Below, piece after piece: positions 25,633 through 40,300 of a DNA stretch of 64,000 nucleotides. Below the pieces are notes generated by a model. It made no database searches and had not been told where the DNA came from. It saw nothing but the letters and a program-made list of their open reading frames with translations. The DNA comes from Phoronis australis (taxonomy: Eukaryota; Animalia; Phoronida), in assembly GCA_002633005.1 (NCBI GenBank), contig NMRA01000355.1, forward strand, positions 73,390-137,389, given 5' to 3'. Made by a program: the position numbers and the translations under genes. The stretch's first letter is position 1. The number at the start of each line of letters is the position of its first letter.

Positions 25633-28600
25633 AATTGTGTCAATAAGACATGATCATTATTCAACAAACTCTAACAATGTACAAAATCCATCCACGGTAG
25701 CAGAGTATTATCTTACGGTGCCGGTTACCTATTGTTGAGAGTTTTTAGACCGACAGACAAGCGAGTACGTTACAGTGTACGTCACTGTGGTTGTTGCACG
25801 GTTATCTCGTCTCGTTGATAGCTCTCATTTAACATAAACTGGTACACCGGTTGATAAAGTTGCTGTCTTAGAACAGTGTTTATCTCATCGAAAATAGATT
25901 ACGCTGATTTTTTGTTGTTGTTTTTTTTCTCATTTTTGTCGAGTTGTAGTGACATACGATCAGGCCGAGTATGCGCAATGGTTGCGCTGGGGCAAAAAAT
26001 AAACACTCATATACATATCCCCAGTATCTAGGTTTAATGGCGATGCATTCGAGGTCTATGTTTTCTACTTAACGTTTACGATTTTAAGGCAACTAACCCT
26101 TAACCAGTGTCTTATCCCGTGCTCGACCTTACACTGGTTAATGAAGATGAGGCAAGATAAAGGCACAGATAGTTTTGACACTTGTTGGTCAATTGTGTCC
26201 AGTGCCTTGAGAACAGTTGTCAGAATAAAGCCAGTAGAGTGAAATATTCAAGTGTAGCATTGATTCGTTAGTGTATTGATGGATATGATGAGTTTATTAT
26301 AGTCTACTGATTATTATTTACTTAGATTTCACATAATTATTAGCGACCACAGTTCATGTACAATGTATCGTTTTCTATCAAAATGTATAATTACTGTTTT
26401 GAGTAGTTAGTTGATTCTCCTAGCACGCACTTGGTTGCTGCCAGAGTATTAAGAGATTATGTTATGAAAGTAGCCCTTAGTGTTAATGCAGCGGGGCCTT
26501 TGGCGTTGACGAATAAGAGACCTATTCTTGTTTACCATTAAGTTGCCTGGAATTAGCAGACACATCTCTTAGTTTGCCCAGTCGTGTGATAAGTGCCGCC
26601 CAGAAGACGATACCGAGAGGTTCTACTTGCAAAACACCGTGAGAGAAGATGGCAGTAATAGGTTGTACTTTAAAAATGTGGACACAGATTTGGTTGGACA
26701 TTCAGTTCCACCCTCTGATGACAATTGTACGCATGCTTCTTGATGTAAATAGAGAATTCCTCTGAAACCATTCAGGCGGAGGCAGATGAGGTTCTGCACA
26801 GGTTCTTGAATACCGCGCTAGACATAAAGAGAATGGCAACAGTTTTGAATGTTATTTTTTTTTAAATTATGATTTTAGTTACAGATGTATTAGATGATTC
26901 TTCCAGTTAATAAAATGTTCTAGTTGATAATCATTGCAACAGTTCGCAAAGGACTTTCGCAGCTCGATATTCCCACTAGTTTTGTTTGTAGGAGTCGTCA
27001 TTTGTCTTGCACGCCCTTATATAGACTCACGAACGTTTGCAGGTGTATGTATATTCAAATTAACTCGTCATTTCCAAATTTATATGCAGTTTCAAGATAG
27101 GCACGCGACTCAAAGCTGCAGCATGCTTGAAATTGGGCGTTTCCCCCTTCTTACACTGCAGAACCTTTCGATTAATCACTAAACGCACCTTGTCTCGTAC
27201 CCATACTGAGCTTGCATTGCAGTGAGTCTGGTGCTAAATTATGACGTCTGGTTAGTAGTGGTCAATCAGGAACAAGATCAACCGGACACTGAGATCCAAG
27301 CCAGCACCAGGCGGGTGCAATTCTCAGCATTAACGCAATACACAACGCACAGCACACGAGATAATCTCAACACAGCACTAAACGTAGGCACCAACTTCAA
27401 GTAGAATACTGAATTGGTTATCGTACAATTATGAATCTGTTTTCGTACCTCACGAATGTTATCAAGAAAAAGGAACACTATGCCACAAAGACTTATTTTA
27501 ACAGCAATCGTAACTATTTCACTAAAAAATCGAACATAATAATCAAGAGAAAGTTTCAAAGGTTACAATCCGAAAACATGTGAGTTCGTGGCTTTCTACG
27601 CTTAGAAATATGGCCAGATTGCCTTGTCGTTTCATATTTCTGCACGTTGTAACCCTGCGGCAGGTAGGTTGAGGGACGACAGGAATAAGCCCTCTACAGT
27701 AAAGTCAAAGAATTTAAAGCTTTCTACTGAAGGAGGTGTGAAAAGTATACGTGTCGTCAGCAAATTTTTCTAATGGAGAAGTGCAGGTACAAGTATGTAC
27801 CTTGTGAATCAAATTGCGCTAAAATATTAATTATGGTTACTGGTAATTATACTCCCAATATAAATTGAGTAATTAAATTGTGAAAATAAAGCTTCAAATA
27901 AATTGTACTACTGAGTTATTCAGTTACCTTTTCAAATGCCAGCCATGAGTGTTTTGAGTATTTTTCCTGAATTTGATTTTTTACGGAAGAATTATTGATG
28001 GTCATGGTTTCCAAAAAACTGAGATTGGTTAATCATTTAGAGCACTCTTGTGTAAGAAGACTTTGCAGGTCACCAAAACATGAGAAATTACACAGTCTGA
28101 ATATTTTTCTTAAGCTTCGAGTAACAAATTTTAAAGTGTATAAGTAAAGTTTGATGCTCACCGGCCCTAAAAGTTTGATGATATACTGAACTACTCGTCA
28201 CGTTCAAGACCCTAACTTTCATTTCCCACTTAAAGGGGGTAGGGTGTTCACGGACTTTGTAAAACCATTTCTACTCAACTGGGAATAATTTGCTATTTCT
28301 GAACAATATTTTGGTCCTTTTTCTTTACATTTTGTTAAAAATTATCTAATTCATATTGTGACGATGTGAGTAAATAGCACAATGGAACTACTACTGTGTC
28401 TCTCAACATCTTTGTCGCTGTTGCACGAGTATTAATTTTTTACTTAGGTCAGGAAGCGTTGCTGTATTCAAATGGATGAAATACTTTAACTATTTGACGG
28501 GCGCCTTGACGACGACCACAGCTACAGAAAACGAGAGAACACGGTTAATTTTTCAACCTGACCTATTCGGGTTTTTGCTCATTGCTCTAAACTTTCTGTT

Positions 28601-31600
28601 TGGGGAACTGTGCGGAAGTCCGTCGCAAGGGCATTGCTACTTCAACGTATTCCCACGACTGATGATGTGTAGATATTACCTAAAAGCGTCAGTATGTAAC
28701 AATATATTATTAAGTATAGCTCTTGGGGAAGCAAGCAAACTGCTACATCCAGAGGTATACATGTATGTTCACGGTACCAACAATTGAACCAATTCATGGA
28801 CTACGAAACACCATTGACACGTCAAGCTTCATTCACAAATGTGTAATCCAATCAAATGGGTAATCGCTTTCGGGTCTATTGGGAATGTACGTCTATCATT
28901 GACAATTTGTTTCTGATGGGTCTCATTATCTAGAGAACGATAACGTCAGCAGCCTGAGGTGATATAATTAAGCCATTCAGCATGGTGTCTTTGATATAAA
29001 CCGGCAGATTCTGAGATATGCAAACAGTTCGAGATGCCCAAATGCGACCAGTTAGGGTACGTAAGATTCTTTTCATGTTTTATTTTCAACTCTGAAACTC
29101 TTCATCCATAGTTTGCTCGCAACTTATGTTTGTGGGACAAAGATGTTGGACTTTCGTTGTAGGCTTGGGAGCAGGGGTTTGACCGATAATGTGCATTTCA
29201 CTGGACTTGATACTTTTTCCACTCTGTCGAGTGAAACATTGGGAATCATTTTACATGAACATACCTATAAATGTCTGGTATTTTTGTCACTTCCTCTTTC
29301 ACTGAAAGAGAAAGCAAAGTTCAGAAACAAGGTTACAAGGAACTAAAATTTAGTTTTCAGACCCAAATCACCAATTCAATGCCATGCTAGATAGACGCGA
29401 ATACTAGACTCTGAACTCATTTTTAACAGATTTCAAAAATATGTCCACAAAATAGTGCTATAAAACTAGGTGTTTGCAATTCTAAGTTGATTGTTTTATA
29501 TATTTCTCATTCGCTACGCAGAAATGCAACAATGCTATATGGGGCCGCCGTCTTGTATCTACAGCCGAACTAAAAGACTTCACCATTCCCGTGAGCGCAA
29601 ACAATCCAGATTCACTGAACCTACATGTACTTGCAACGCCTACTGAGCAAAACTGCCGCTCAACCATGCCTATTCCAAATATTGAATTTATGGGTCTGTA
29701 AAGTTTAAGCGGCTACACTCTCTATGTACATGTTCCGCAATCTGATTGAGTTGAACTGTTAGCTTGATTGACACTTATTAGGCTTTGGAGCAATTTCAGA
29801 CTAATTTCATGACGATACGTGATCTGAATCAAAAGCGGTGTTAAAAACCACTTTAAAAGTTGTACGTAAGTTACGCGTTGTTGTTATAACAACAGAGCAA
29901 AGTAGAAATTAAAGCAAAGATATGTTTGAGAAATATCAGAGGCAAATGATCATTGCCATAAACTTACTGTGCTTTGCCTGCGCTAAGGTGTTTGATATAA
30001 ACGACAGGCTGTCGCGGTGGTTGTCATACATACGCTGATTTGAGAGCAAAGTACGGTATTTTTCAGAGCTTGTAAATCAGGAAACTTTTGTAAATGGTAT
30101 GCCTGAACAAAGCGTTTGAAAATTTGCGGTTATCTATACAGCTTTTTTGCTAGATGAGAAAGCCTTAGACCATGATGTATTTTTTTTTTTGGTTTGTAAG
30201 TAATGATAGCGCACCTTATTAGGGCTCTGTATGATATGTACATGTATAAGGGCCGGTAGTCTTGGTAAACACGAGGAGACGACAGTTCAAAACGTGTATT
30301 GCTTCCCTGAAATAAAACGAGGTAACTAACAGATAATGACATCTGGCGGTGAAATGGACAAACTACACCTCTCGATAATACAGGAAACGATGAGTTATGT
30401 GAGATACGCCCAGTCATACAAACGCATGAATGAGCACAGACGGGGACAACGGGGCCGGTTCACAAGCCTCCTTTTCATTACAAAAAGCCTTATTCCGGTC
30501 AAAATTCAATTCAGAAGTAAGCTTGACCCTTTTGTGAATTGTCCCCCAACTTAGCCCCTCATTCCAGCTCCCCCGACGCTAACAATTTTGCGTTTCGTAC
30601 TTCTGTTTAAAACAATAGTGCGATAGTGTAAATAACATAAGCTAACAAAGAATCTCGTAAATACCAGTCACTGATCATCAAAGCGACTGCTACCCAACGA
30701 ACTAATTTAACAATCTCCTACAAACGTGAAACCGACTCCATCTACATTGAAGTTCTCAAAATAGTGCATAACAATCCAAAGATTATTCAAAACAGCAGCT
30801 CCGCACACGCAAACAAGAATCATACTAATTCACCTGTCCGCCAAACATATGCCGGAAAGTACAAACAGTACAAAACACAGGCAGCTTAGATGCACAGTTA
30901 AGGTTTTCTTACAAACCACGTCACACCGACTTCAATGTTCCATTGAACATTTCGAACAAACACAAACTCCTTCTAGGCCGTTGCCATTTACATGTACGTC
31001 CACCCCCCCCCCTCATCATAGGCGGCGTGCAGACTTTAGAGCAGTTTGAAAACCCCGTTTAGACAACCACCAGGATATCGTTTAACTATCCCAGACACTT
31101 CTACATATTTTGCGAGAAAGTGTGATCTTATGTACCTAATCACGCTACGCGAATAGGGGACGATTTTAACCTTAAGGGGTATCTAGTCCGAATTCCACAT
31201 CATTAAGGTGCTGAGAAGATGCACCGCCGAAATTATTTAACGATTTAAAAGTAACTCCTACCGTGGGCTGCATAATACGAGTAGAAAATCCATTACATTG
31301 CAATGAATATATTGAACTTTATTAGGTTCCAGTTTGGAAAAGAGTCTACTTAAATGGGTCATGTATTGAAGGGTATACTTTGAGATGCGTGTTTTTTCGG
31401 AATCCCAATGCACTGCCAAAACGGGTTGTTTTAAAATTTCTGGTTGGAAATGGGCACCCGATTTTCCACTAGCTGCTCCACGGGGGCTAAACAATGATAT
31501 TGAACTGCCTGAATTTGATTCATCCTAAGCCATTATCCTAAGCCATTATTCACCGAAACGGTAATTTCGTAGGCTGGTCTACTCAATGAGTTCTTGTTGA

Positions 31601-31814
31601 CAAGAATCTAATACTTCTGTTTGGAATAGCACGATGTATTTTCAGAACTATCGCACCTGTATCAAAGTTCACTGTAATATCGCCGATTTTTATCCAATAG
31701 TAACTACGTCAAATAATCGCCTATAGAACATTCAATTTTTGTAGATATACTGACAAGCAAAATCAGGAACCGTTGCAGAATACAAGAAGACTATGGACAT
31801 GCTAACCGTGACAN

Positions 31815-32016
31815 GGGCAAAAAGGTCCGCCTGCGAAAAACAAAAAGTCCGAGAAAATGAGACAAAAGTCCACTAACCAAAACAAGTAAAAACGTACAAA
31901 CGCGCCATTCACAGTGGTGCACCCGTTTTTTTGTTTTTTTTTAGTCCGACGGCTAACAAAATGTCCACAACGTAGGGAATTCGAACCCCCCATAATGAAG
32001 GCTGGGTGCGCGCATG
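31815..32016 (+). mobile_element. MITE family A partial copy, starting at a single-N join
   Basis: GGGCAAAAAGGTCCGCCT...TTCGAACCCCCC...GGCTGGGTGCGCGCATG, as in 15761-16030. Confidence 0.65.
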
Positions 32017-33651
32017 CAATGGAAAAGAGTAACGGTTGAATCCATTCACTCACTCAGGATCACTTCTCTCGACACGTGCGAGTTTGTTTTGAACAACTTC
32101 CTTTTTGTCAATAAATGGTTTCCTGGTGACAATCTTCAAAGAAAATATTCTTAGTGGGATTCTTTTGAAAAGAGTAGTGATATTTTCATCGTTAAGACGT
32201 CAGTGAAGATGTTGTCTCTGGGTAATAAACAAATGCTGGTCGTCCCAAGTTCTTGTATTTATGATACCGTCTTTGTATTAGTTGATATACATGTACATGT
32301 AGGTTTTCGCTTTCGGTTGTTAAGGCTACCTGCGGCAACTGTCCTGCAAAGTGATTTTCAAAAACGACAGCAGCACAGTAGATGAAATACCAGAATTGAA
32401 TAGCAAAAAATGGGACTAAAATGTAAAACCATTTTGCAATCGGTTACAAGGCGGCGAGGCCGACTTGATCTCGTGTCGGTTCTCCACTAAGGGTCAAATC
32501 GCGGATATGGACGACAGTTTGTGGGTCCACTATTTCGGCAGTGAGACAATTTACAAATAATGGCAGAAAAATAGAAGTTCAGTATACAAAAGCAGAAATT
32601 GTCGCTAATGCGGTTGCTGTTGACGCCAGATGTCATCTGCATACTATACAACAAATACCGTACTTTCCTTACAAGCACACCCATCAGTTTTTAGATTGCG
32701 TTTTGGAATGACACGAGCGCGTATAGCACGTGCACGCGGGACGTCGGCCATTTCAAACTTCACAATGTAACATTTTATAGAAGGGAATGTTTTTCAAAAA
32801 CAGAATGTACAAATGTAAAATATTTTATCGTGAGGCGGAACTCCATCGCAAAAAAAAAACATAATCTGTTAACTTTTGTCACGTTTCATGGTTATCAAGC
32901 ACAGCAAATTAGTGTATCCACATCATGATTCTTGTAACTGAACTGACGTTTCCTATCGTCTGGAAACGACTTCAGTCATGCATTGCATTTTCATATCGCT
33001 GAGAAAAGTTCAACTCTGGATTCCGCGTTAGTACCGGAAAGTAACGTTGCATTTGCTAGTCCGCCACTGCAGGTGTAAATCGAAAATTGATATGACCTAC
33101 AGAACACAAGGAATTGAGCCTAACTCCCTATAGGTTTTAATGTTTAAAATCACATCAAGAACCCTTTTCTTACACATTGTTTACAAGAACCGTGCGGTGC
33201 GTGAAAATTGTGTAGCTCTAGTTGTGCATTCGCCACGAACCTTCTTCATGCGTGGTTAACGCCTTTGTGGAAACTGGAAAGAGTCGCCCTCCTTTTCGTA
33301 AGGGTCCCTCTGCGTGGTAAAGACTGCCCAATTCGAGGTAGCAGCTGGTATTACCGTCCACGAGTGCTCAAACTTCTGCTGAATTACCTCTTTAGCGGAA
33401 GTCATGATCTGGCGTGATCTCACCATTACGCGCTATACTAGAAGCTGTGAATTCAAACAAGTGTCTTCGCACCTAAGCATGAATTGAACAGGGTGATAAT
33501 TGCTTATCAAAATTGAATTCCGATGACTTTGGCCCGTAATTCAACTTTCCTCTCACGATCTTTTTTTACTTTACGAATTATCAGTTTCCAAATAAACGTT
33601 AACAATTGCAAAATACACCAATAAATTAAACTTTGCAACCTAAACTGTAAA

Positions 33652-34311
33652 TCAATCAAATGCTTTGTTTACATAACTTGCAGATGACTTTCCATTTTCT
33701 TCATGGACAGATACATGCGTTTTACTCGAGTTAGATTCAACAGTTATCACACGATTCGTTGTCATTTCGCTAGTCGAAAGTAAGGTAGATGGCGCGTGTG
33801 CATTCTCAGCGTGACGTAACTCGTGACGTCTTACAGTGTCAACACTTTTAGGCAAATGCCCACTCGCAGATGTTAAAACGTTTGAATCGCCTGTTTGAAG
33901 TTCTTGTGGATGCCCATAGTTAGAGTTCGGCACTACTTGGAGACTCTCGTCCGTGAAATAAATCCATCGACTATTCGAGTTAATGACGTCACGATTGCTG
34001 CTGACACGTCCTGAACTCCCGTTCTCTGCTTTCGAACCTGACAACTGGGACGCCCGACGACGCGCGTGGCAATTTTCGTACTCCTGGCTATTTCGATGCC
34101 CGTACCCCCCCGACCTTCGACGACCAGAGGAATGCTTTCTCTCTTTCAATTTTTTTATGTTGAAAATAGACGGACAGAGGATTTTGTCCTTCTCGCCGTC
34201 TGTGATTGGCTCATCGCCGTCAGAGTAATCCCCAATTCCGTGCTCACACCAATCAGCTCCCAATATCTCATCTCCAAGGCTCACGCGTAAACCTACAGTT
34301 ATGTCGATTGC
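33652..34311 (-). CDS. Amt: Amt gene B last coding exon with long cytosolic tail (...SYVNKAFD*)
   Basis: Acceptor TTTTGCAG|; matches ORF 33652-34344. Confidence 0.93.
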   Translation of the reverse strand, partial: AIDITVGLRVSLGDEILGADWCEHGIGDYSDGDEPITDGEKDKILCPSIFNIKKLKERKHSSGRRRSGGYGHRNSQEYENCHARRRASQLSGSKAENGSSGRVSSNRDVINSNSRWIYFTDESLQVVPNSNYGHPQELQTGDSNVLTSASGHLPKSVDTVRRHELRHAENAHAPSTLLSTSEMTTNRVITVESNSSKTHVSVHEENGKSSASYVNKAFD

Positions 34312-37300
34312 CTGCAAAACAGCATAAATTATATGATTATACAAGAACCCATTTTCCAGTCATTATGGAACTTCACCGGAGTCGTTAAGGAATTTTTCCT
34401 ATAGAATGAATTATGGCAACTAGGGGACACGGGTGTACCCCGCTGGCTCCTTGCGTCACCGCTAGATGGCAGAGAACACGGGAAATGTGTTTACACCGGT
34501 GTTTCTGATTGGCTGGTCGAATTTTCGAGAGCTGGCGCTTTACGTAAAGAAACTGGCATGCAGGAAGTATAAGTGCAGATATAGTGTGTGGTCTGTTGTA
34601 CAGACAAATCGGTGCTAATAATTCATGTTCAAGAAATAAGCACGGGGCCATTAAACATTATCTCAGAAACGAAATAATTGCCGTCACACCTGTGAATGAC
34701 AAGGCTATAATCGTTCACAGTCCGCCATCTTCGTTCATTGTTATAAAGCTAACCAATGACTGCCGAGGTTACGTCAACCAGTGGCAAAACGCGTGCTACT
34801 GGATGATACATGTACCTGCGTGTTCTCTACCCCTAGCGGACATGCAGGGAACCAGCGAGGAGTAGTAAATGCATGAGCAAAAACGACACAGCACACAGCG
34901 TCTAGTTTTGAGGTCTATCGCGCACGCACGCGGTCGCTCCTTCCTCCAGTAACTGCGTATTTCAGCATAAACTGGGAGACAAAATATCTGTTCCTTTTTT
35001 ACTAGAATCTGTAACATTTCTTGGCATAATCTCGACAAAATGCTGTCAGGTGTTGCAACATCCACATTGACGACTTTGCCACAACTTAATCAACGGAGTC
35101 TGACTGCTAGAACGCATGTCGAATAGACATATCCTGTTCAAGCACAACAGTTTCTTAGGAACCCAATGGCTCAGTAAAGCATGCGGATATTTGCTATGCC
35201 TGTCTGCATCTGCAGATAATTCAACACTCACAGTCCCACCTTTGCCTTGCACCAGCACAAGCTTTGTGTGCGGGGATACGGAACAAGGCAAGGTGACCTT
35301 GCTCCCGGTTTCGCAAAGTAGTCGGCGGCCTCGGCCGAAGTGATATTTGACCCAATCGACAGGGGCAGTTCATAAGTTATCACACGGTGTTGAGGTTATG
35401 TTGTCCCTAGGTGGCTAAAATGGTTAGATTTCGGAACATCTTACCTCAAAAAGGCTTATCGTGTTCATATGAAATTACATGTGCTAATTATGCGCTGTGC
35501 TCCAATACGTATGAAGAATTATTTTTGAAATGTTGCACGTTCACATGAGCGTTACCAAAAAAAGATTTTTTTAAGATTTTCATAAAAAACAAATGTTGCA
35601 TGAAACGATAACGCAATAATTTTGAATACTGTAAAAGAATTTTAGCGATTTCATCTTGAACATCTATAATAAACGACATTCGGTCATTTTACATATATAG
35701 ATACCATTGTTTTGCCACGAAATTACCTTTTTTTCGCTAACGTTTGTCAAAGAGACTTGACTCAATTGATGGCAGAAAAAAACATCAAATCTCATTTTCA
35801 ATAGCACAAGTAAGAATTATTGCTCTTCCGATGGCGCCAATACTTTGGTCACATCACGTGAGCGACCCAGGCGATCATCTGAAAACGATCTCTTTGCCTA
35901 CCGGGGCTCAAACTCGAGGCTTTCTGTTATCCGTGCAATCCACTGAGGTATCGGGACAACTGGTCGAATACAGAGCACCAGTAACACTTAACATGAAACA
36001 TCTTGCCAAAACTGGAAGTGCATATACATTATACACGGATATATAAGTATACCAGTGTGCGATGTGCTATAAGTAAGAAGCATAGTCTTTTTACATGAAG
36101 TACATTTATCACGTACACCACGTGACCCTTCGTTATGTATGAACAGAAGTTGAACAATTGTTTCTGATACCATATCCGCACGCTGATTCATGAGAACACG
36201 TTCGAATGCATGTGTATCCACTCCCAAGTTTTCGTGCCACCCGTACTTTTAGCAACGTTTGCTTTTGGGGAAGCCAAGCGCACCAAAGTACTTTCGTTTC
36301 AGGTAGTACTTGTCTCCGCGCATGCTTAACAATTACGAAGTCCGCGTTGGTAATTACAATGACATCAATGGAAAACTAATTGCAAGGCAAAGCATTGAAA
36401 TTTTCAGCCTTAATATAGTAACAGTTTGATTGCCTTGATGAGGGCTTATTGACGGCTTCCTCACAGTAACATGATCATCAACTGGTCACCATTATGTACA
36501 TGTAGCTGGCGTTTCAAGACCAGTTCACGCCAAAAGTATTCAGGCAAAATGACTCGTCACAACAAATGGGTGGAAACCGAATTTGTCGTCAGTGCAGTCT
36601 TCAATAAAGACTGAATCAAGAGGAAATGACCAAAAAGTTATACATGTAAAAGCCGTTGATGCAGCCCTTTGCCACCCAAAGAATTTTGACTGTGAACAGA
36701 ATTACACGTCATAACGGGAAAACGGTATTTTGTCTGAATAGTTAAACCTTGTACTGTGCTTGAATTCAGAACAAATAATGGACCTGTATTTTGGAAGTCG
36801 AATTCATGAAATTAGGAAACTTATCATCAGGACACTCTCTGCCGCTGTACCGGTAGAGGGCGTGAAGTGTCGATGTGGACGTTAACGCAAGTTTCTTAGA
36901 GCGAAAGAACGATTAAAAAAGCGACGATGCGTCGAGAAATTATTCATAACAGATTGCATAGACCCACATACCTTCAGAATCAAGAACGATATCAGAGCTG
37001 ACCACGCAGTAAGAGCGACAACGGCCAAAGTCTGCACTCCTAGCAAGTAGAACCCTCCGCCCTTGAACAAACCACGTCGACCTTCCGTCAGCGATAGAAT
37101 GTCCTCCTTTGGAAAAATGGAAGTCAGCATGTAAATAAACGAAAAAATACCCCAGTAAAGCTCTACAAGTACATGTATGTTCACACAACGGGAGTTTTGA
37201 AAATGTCTTAATCATTCAGGTTGACATTCAGTTTCCTCTTAACAACACCCACAGCCCAAACATCCATGAATGTTCCTCCTTTAAACGGATACAAATCATA

Positions 37301-40300
37301 ATGTGGAGCGACAGGCGTATTATTCTCATCTTCCACATTCAACTTAACCGTATGTTTACCCTTTGTTTGGGTTGCAAATGGTTACAATAAATCCCTTGGA
37401 GTTGGCTGCTGACGGATACACCGCCTTGGCAAATGCAGCTAACGCGACGTCGACGACAGAAAATTGGGCTTAGTAACACACTGATTTGGCAGACGGGGGC
37501 GCCATAGTTATTGCTGCAATAAATCATTCGTTATATGCTAGTATATAACTTTGTCAACCTACATGTACGTATCCTGATAATTTAGCTCTCAAAATGCACG
37601 CATCTCACTTGCCCTGGAGTAATAAACAATCACCTTCGCAGGTATCATTTTTGAAGGAAAATACACATTTACTGATGGAGACGTAAAAGAATTTTTGCTC
37701 ATATCCGCTCTTAGATTTTGAGTTTGTGTTTATAAAATGGTGAAGGCATTTACTTGAACCACCACCAATTTCTCCAGTTTGAATAAACACGCACCACTTG
37801 CTCGTTTCCATATTTCAGGCGCTCTGTGCATTAACCCAGACTAGTTGGGTCAGGTTCATCGACGCACATGGAGTATCCCACTGTCCATACTCGGAAAATT
37901 GCTAGGAGAGTGATTCATCAGCTTATTTGCGAAGCAACAAGTACAGAAGACAACCAATTGCATTGAGTTCTCAAATGCAGAAGATAGAACCCATTTTGAG
38001 ACAGGCAAAAGCCAGATGTTTTGTTTATTTTCAGTTTCATAGGTACAGTGATGAATATAGAAAGGGATTCAGTTTCGAGCCTCAAAAGTGAGACAACTCT
38101 TTGGCTGTTTTCAAGGCTAGCCACCAATATTAACATAGAGGCACACCGTTTTTAGTCGCCCGCTGATGGACCCCTCTCTATTAATATAGAAATCCCCGCC
38201 CTTCGACTGTCTTCTAGAGGGACTCTCCCGACGTCGGCTGAAGGAAGGACCATCTTTATTAATTTTTGGTAACCCTTCTCTTCAGTAAACTTTGGGCGAT
38301 TTCCCTAGTAAAAGTAAAGCAGTCTTGCTTTTTGATTGCATTCAAATGGAACTTTGCATAGTAATACAGAAAAGCCCCGCTTCCCAGTAGTCTTATGGTG
38401 GTGACCCTTGTGGAAGTTTAGGATTCCCAGTCTCCACTCGCTTTTGAGCGAACACCCCCTCCCTTTATCAATAAACAAACCCTCGCTTTTTAGAGGATTT
38501 CAGGCGAGGCATTCCACATGTATTTAGTGTAGGAGGTCCCACTGAAACACTGTACGTTGAGCATGCCATCTTGAAATCACTTGTAATGGAAGCAGACGTC
38601 AGACAAAATTCACGCTACCCTGCTCCAATGGGGCAGCTGAAGATGATAAGCAATGGTCATTGGTGGTACATGGCCCTACACATCTTTCTCTTATTCAGTG
38701 ACAGTCCCTGACAACATAGTAGTGCTGTAAATGGAACCAGATCTTTCCCATTGTAAAGTAATCCATGAATGAATTGCCTGCTACCATGTGAGCCTTAGCC
38801 AATTATCTAGAGTTACCCCCAACCATTTGTTCGTTGAAATGCTCCCACAAAAATGGCTAAGAGCTTAGCCCTGCTAGGGCAGTTATCGAACAAGAGTTCT
38901 GGTAGTTAGTAATTCATAAATGATTCAATGAATTTAGTGGTATAGAGTAATGTCAGGAACAATAACTAGATAGAATGGTTTGGAATATATCAAGAACACT
39001 TAACCAAAGATAGCTGTAATGCAACAATCCTGGTGCCCATGAGAAAGAACAGGTTACCTAAATAGACTAGTGACCTTTTTTTCTAAACGTGGTTGTGCCC
39101 CGGGCATTATCTAAGCCGATTTTGTTGCTCCCAACAGTGCTATTTGACCTGATTTTATGTTATTGCAAAATGGAGGAATATCCAGCGAGTAAATTCCGTT
39201 TCCTGCAATTAAGTAAGGAAGTGTCAATGACTTGCAAGGCATTAGGGCATCGTTTACGTCAATTGCAATGCCATTCAGGATTACCGCCCAGAGCACTTAT
39301 TTTGGAAAACTAAAAAAGTCATGTGGTCGGCGTTAAGGCGAACACAGGCGCTTAAAATAAGATTGATAATAGGTGAGAGATGGACGCTTGCTCAATTGCG
39401 TCTTGGGAGTTACATCGATGTTGGATTTCACTTCCAAATCAAGGTAGTTGTGTTCTTTTTGGTCATTCAAGGTTTTGTGATCATCCCCAATCACTGCCAC
39501 GTTCTTCAACTTACCAGGTAGATAAAAGCCAAATAACTCAGGTATGTTCCCGGTTTTGTAAAAAATCACCACCCTTTGTCCAAATGAAACATTTGAGGTG
39601 GTTTCTCAAACCTGATATTTGAAAAGACAGTTCCGATCAAAACATATCGATTAATCTGCATGGTTATTGCCTCATTGGCATCAATTGCAAATCTTCATAT
39701 CTCTGGAGCCAATTCATGAATTTATGAGAACATTTTGCGAGTAAAACATATAAAAAATGTTCACTATGGGGCGCAGTGTCCATAAACCCAAACTCCAAAA
39801 TGGGAGAAAGTCATCACCTTATTAAAAACCTATTGCCAGAGTTTTTATAAAACCGTTTGAAAATCTGAGGATTCAGAGGCAAACCTAAAGAGAGAATTGC
39901 CACTACGATAAGTTGTCTACATCTGCCACGACCATAAATATACATTCGTAGCATTTCACAAAGATTCGGTAAGTAGTTTTTAAGATACAGTTGCAAATGC
40001 AAAAAACAAGCTGAGTTTGCCACTACAGGGCGCCACAGTCGTCGAATTATACCGCCTTGATTCAGAGTTTCCAAAGTCCACGAAAGGAGATTATAGAAGA
40101 GCGGGACCCACTATATTGTTAGAACTGCCCCGCCCGAATGCTGTCGAGTCACTGAATGGGCCCTCATATTAAAAAGAAAGCTCCGCCAGAAGGCAGGCAA
40201 AAAGCGGGGATGACCATATTAAAATAGTTGGCCCTTCGACTGGATCGCCTGCGGGCAGGTACATGTAACTTATATTAATATAAGAGGCTCTGTCCGAAGC

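Noticed and set aside
28645-28700. CTGATGA...AAAAGCGTCAGT hammerhead-like string
   Set aside because: Lacks the GAAA core G and a convincing stem I or II.
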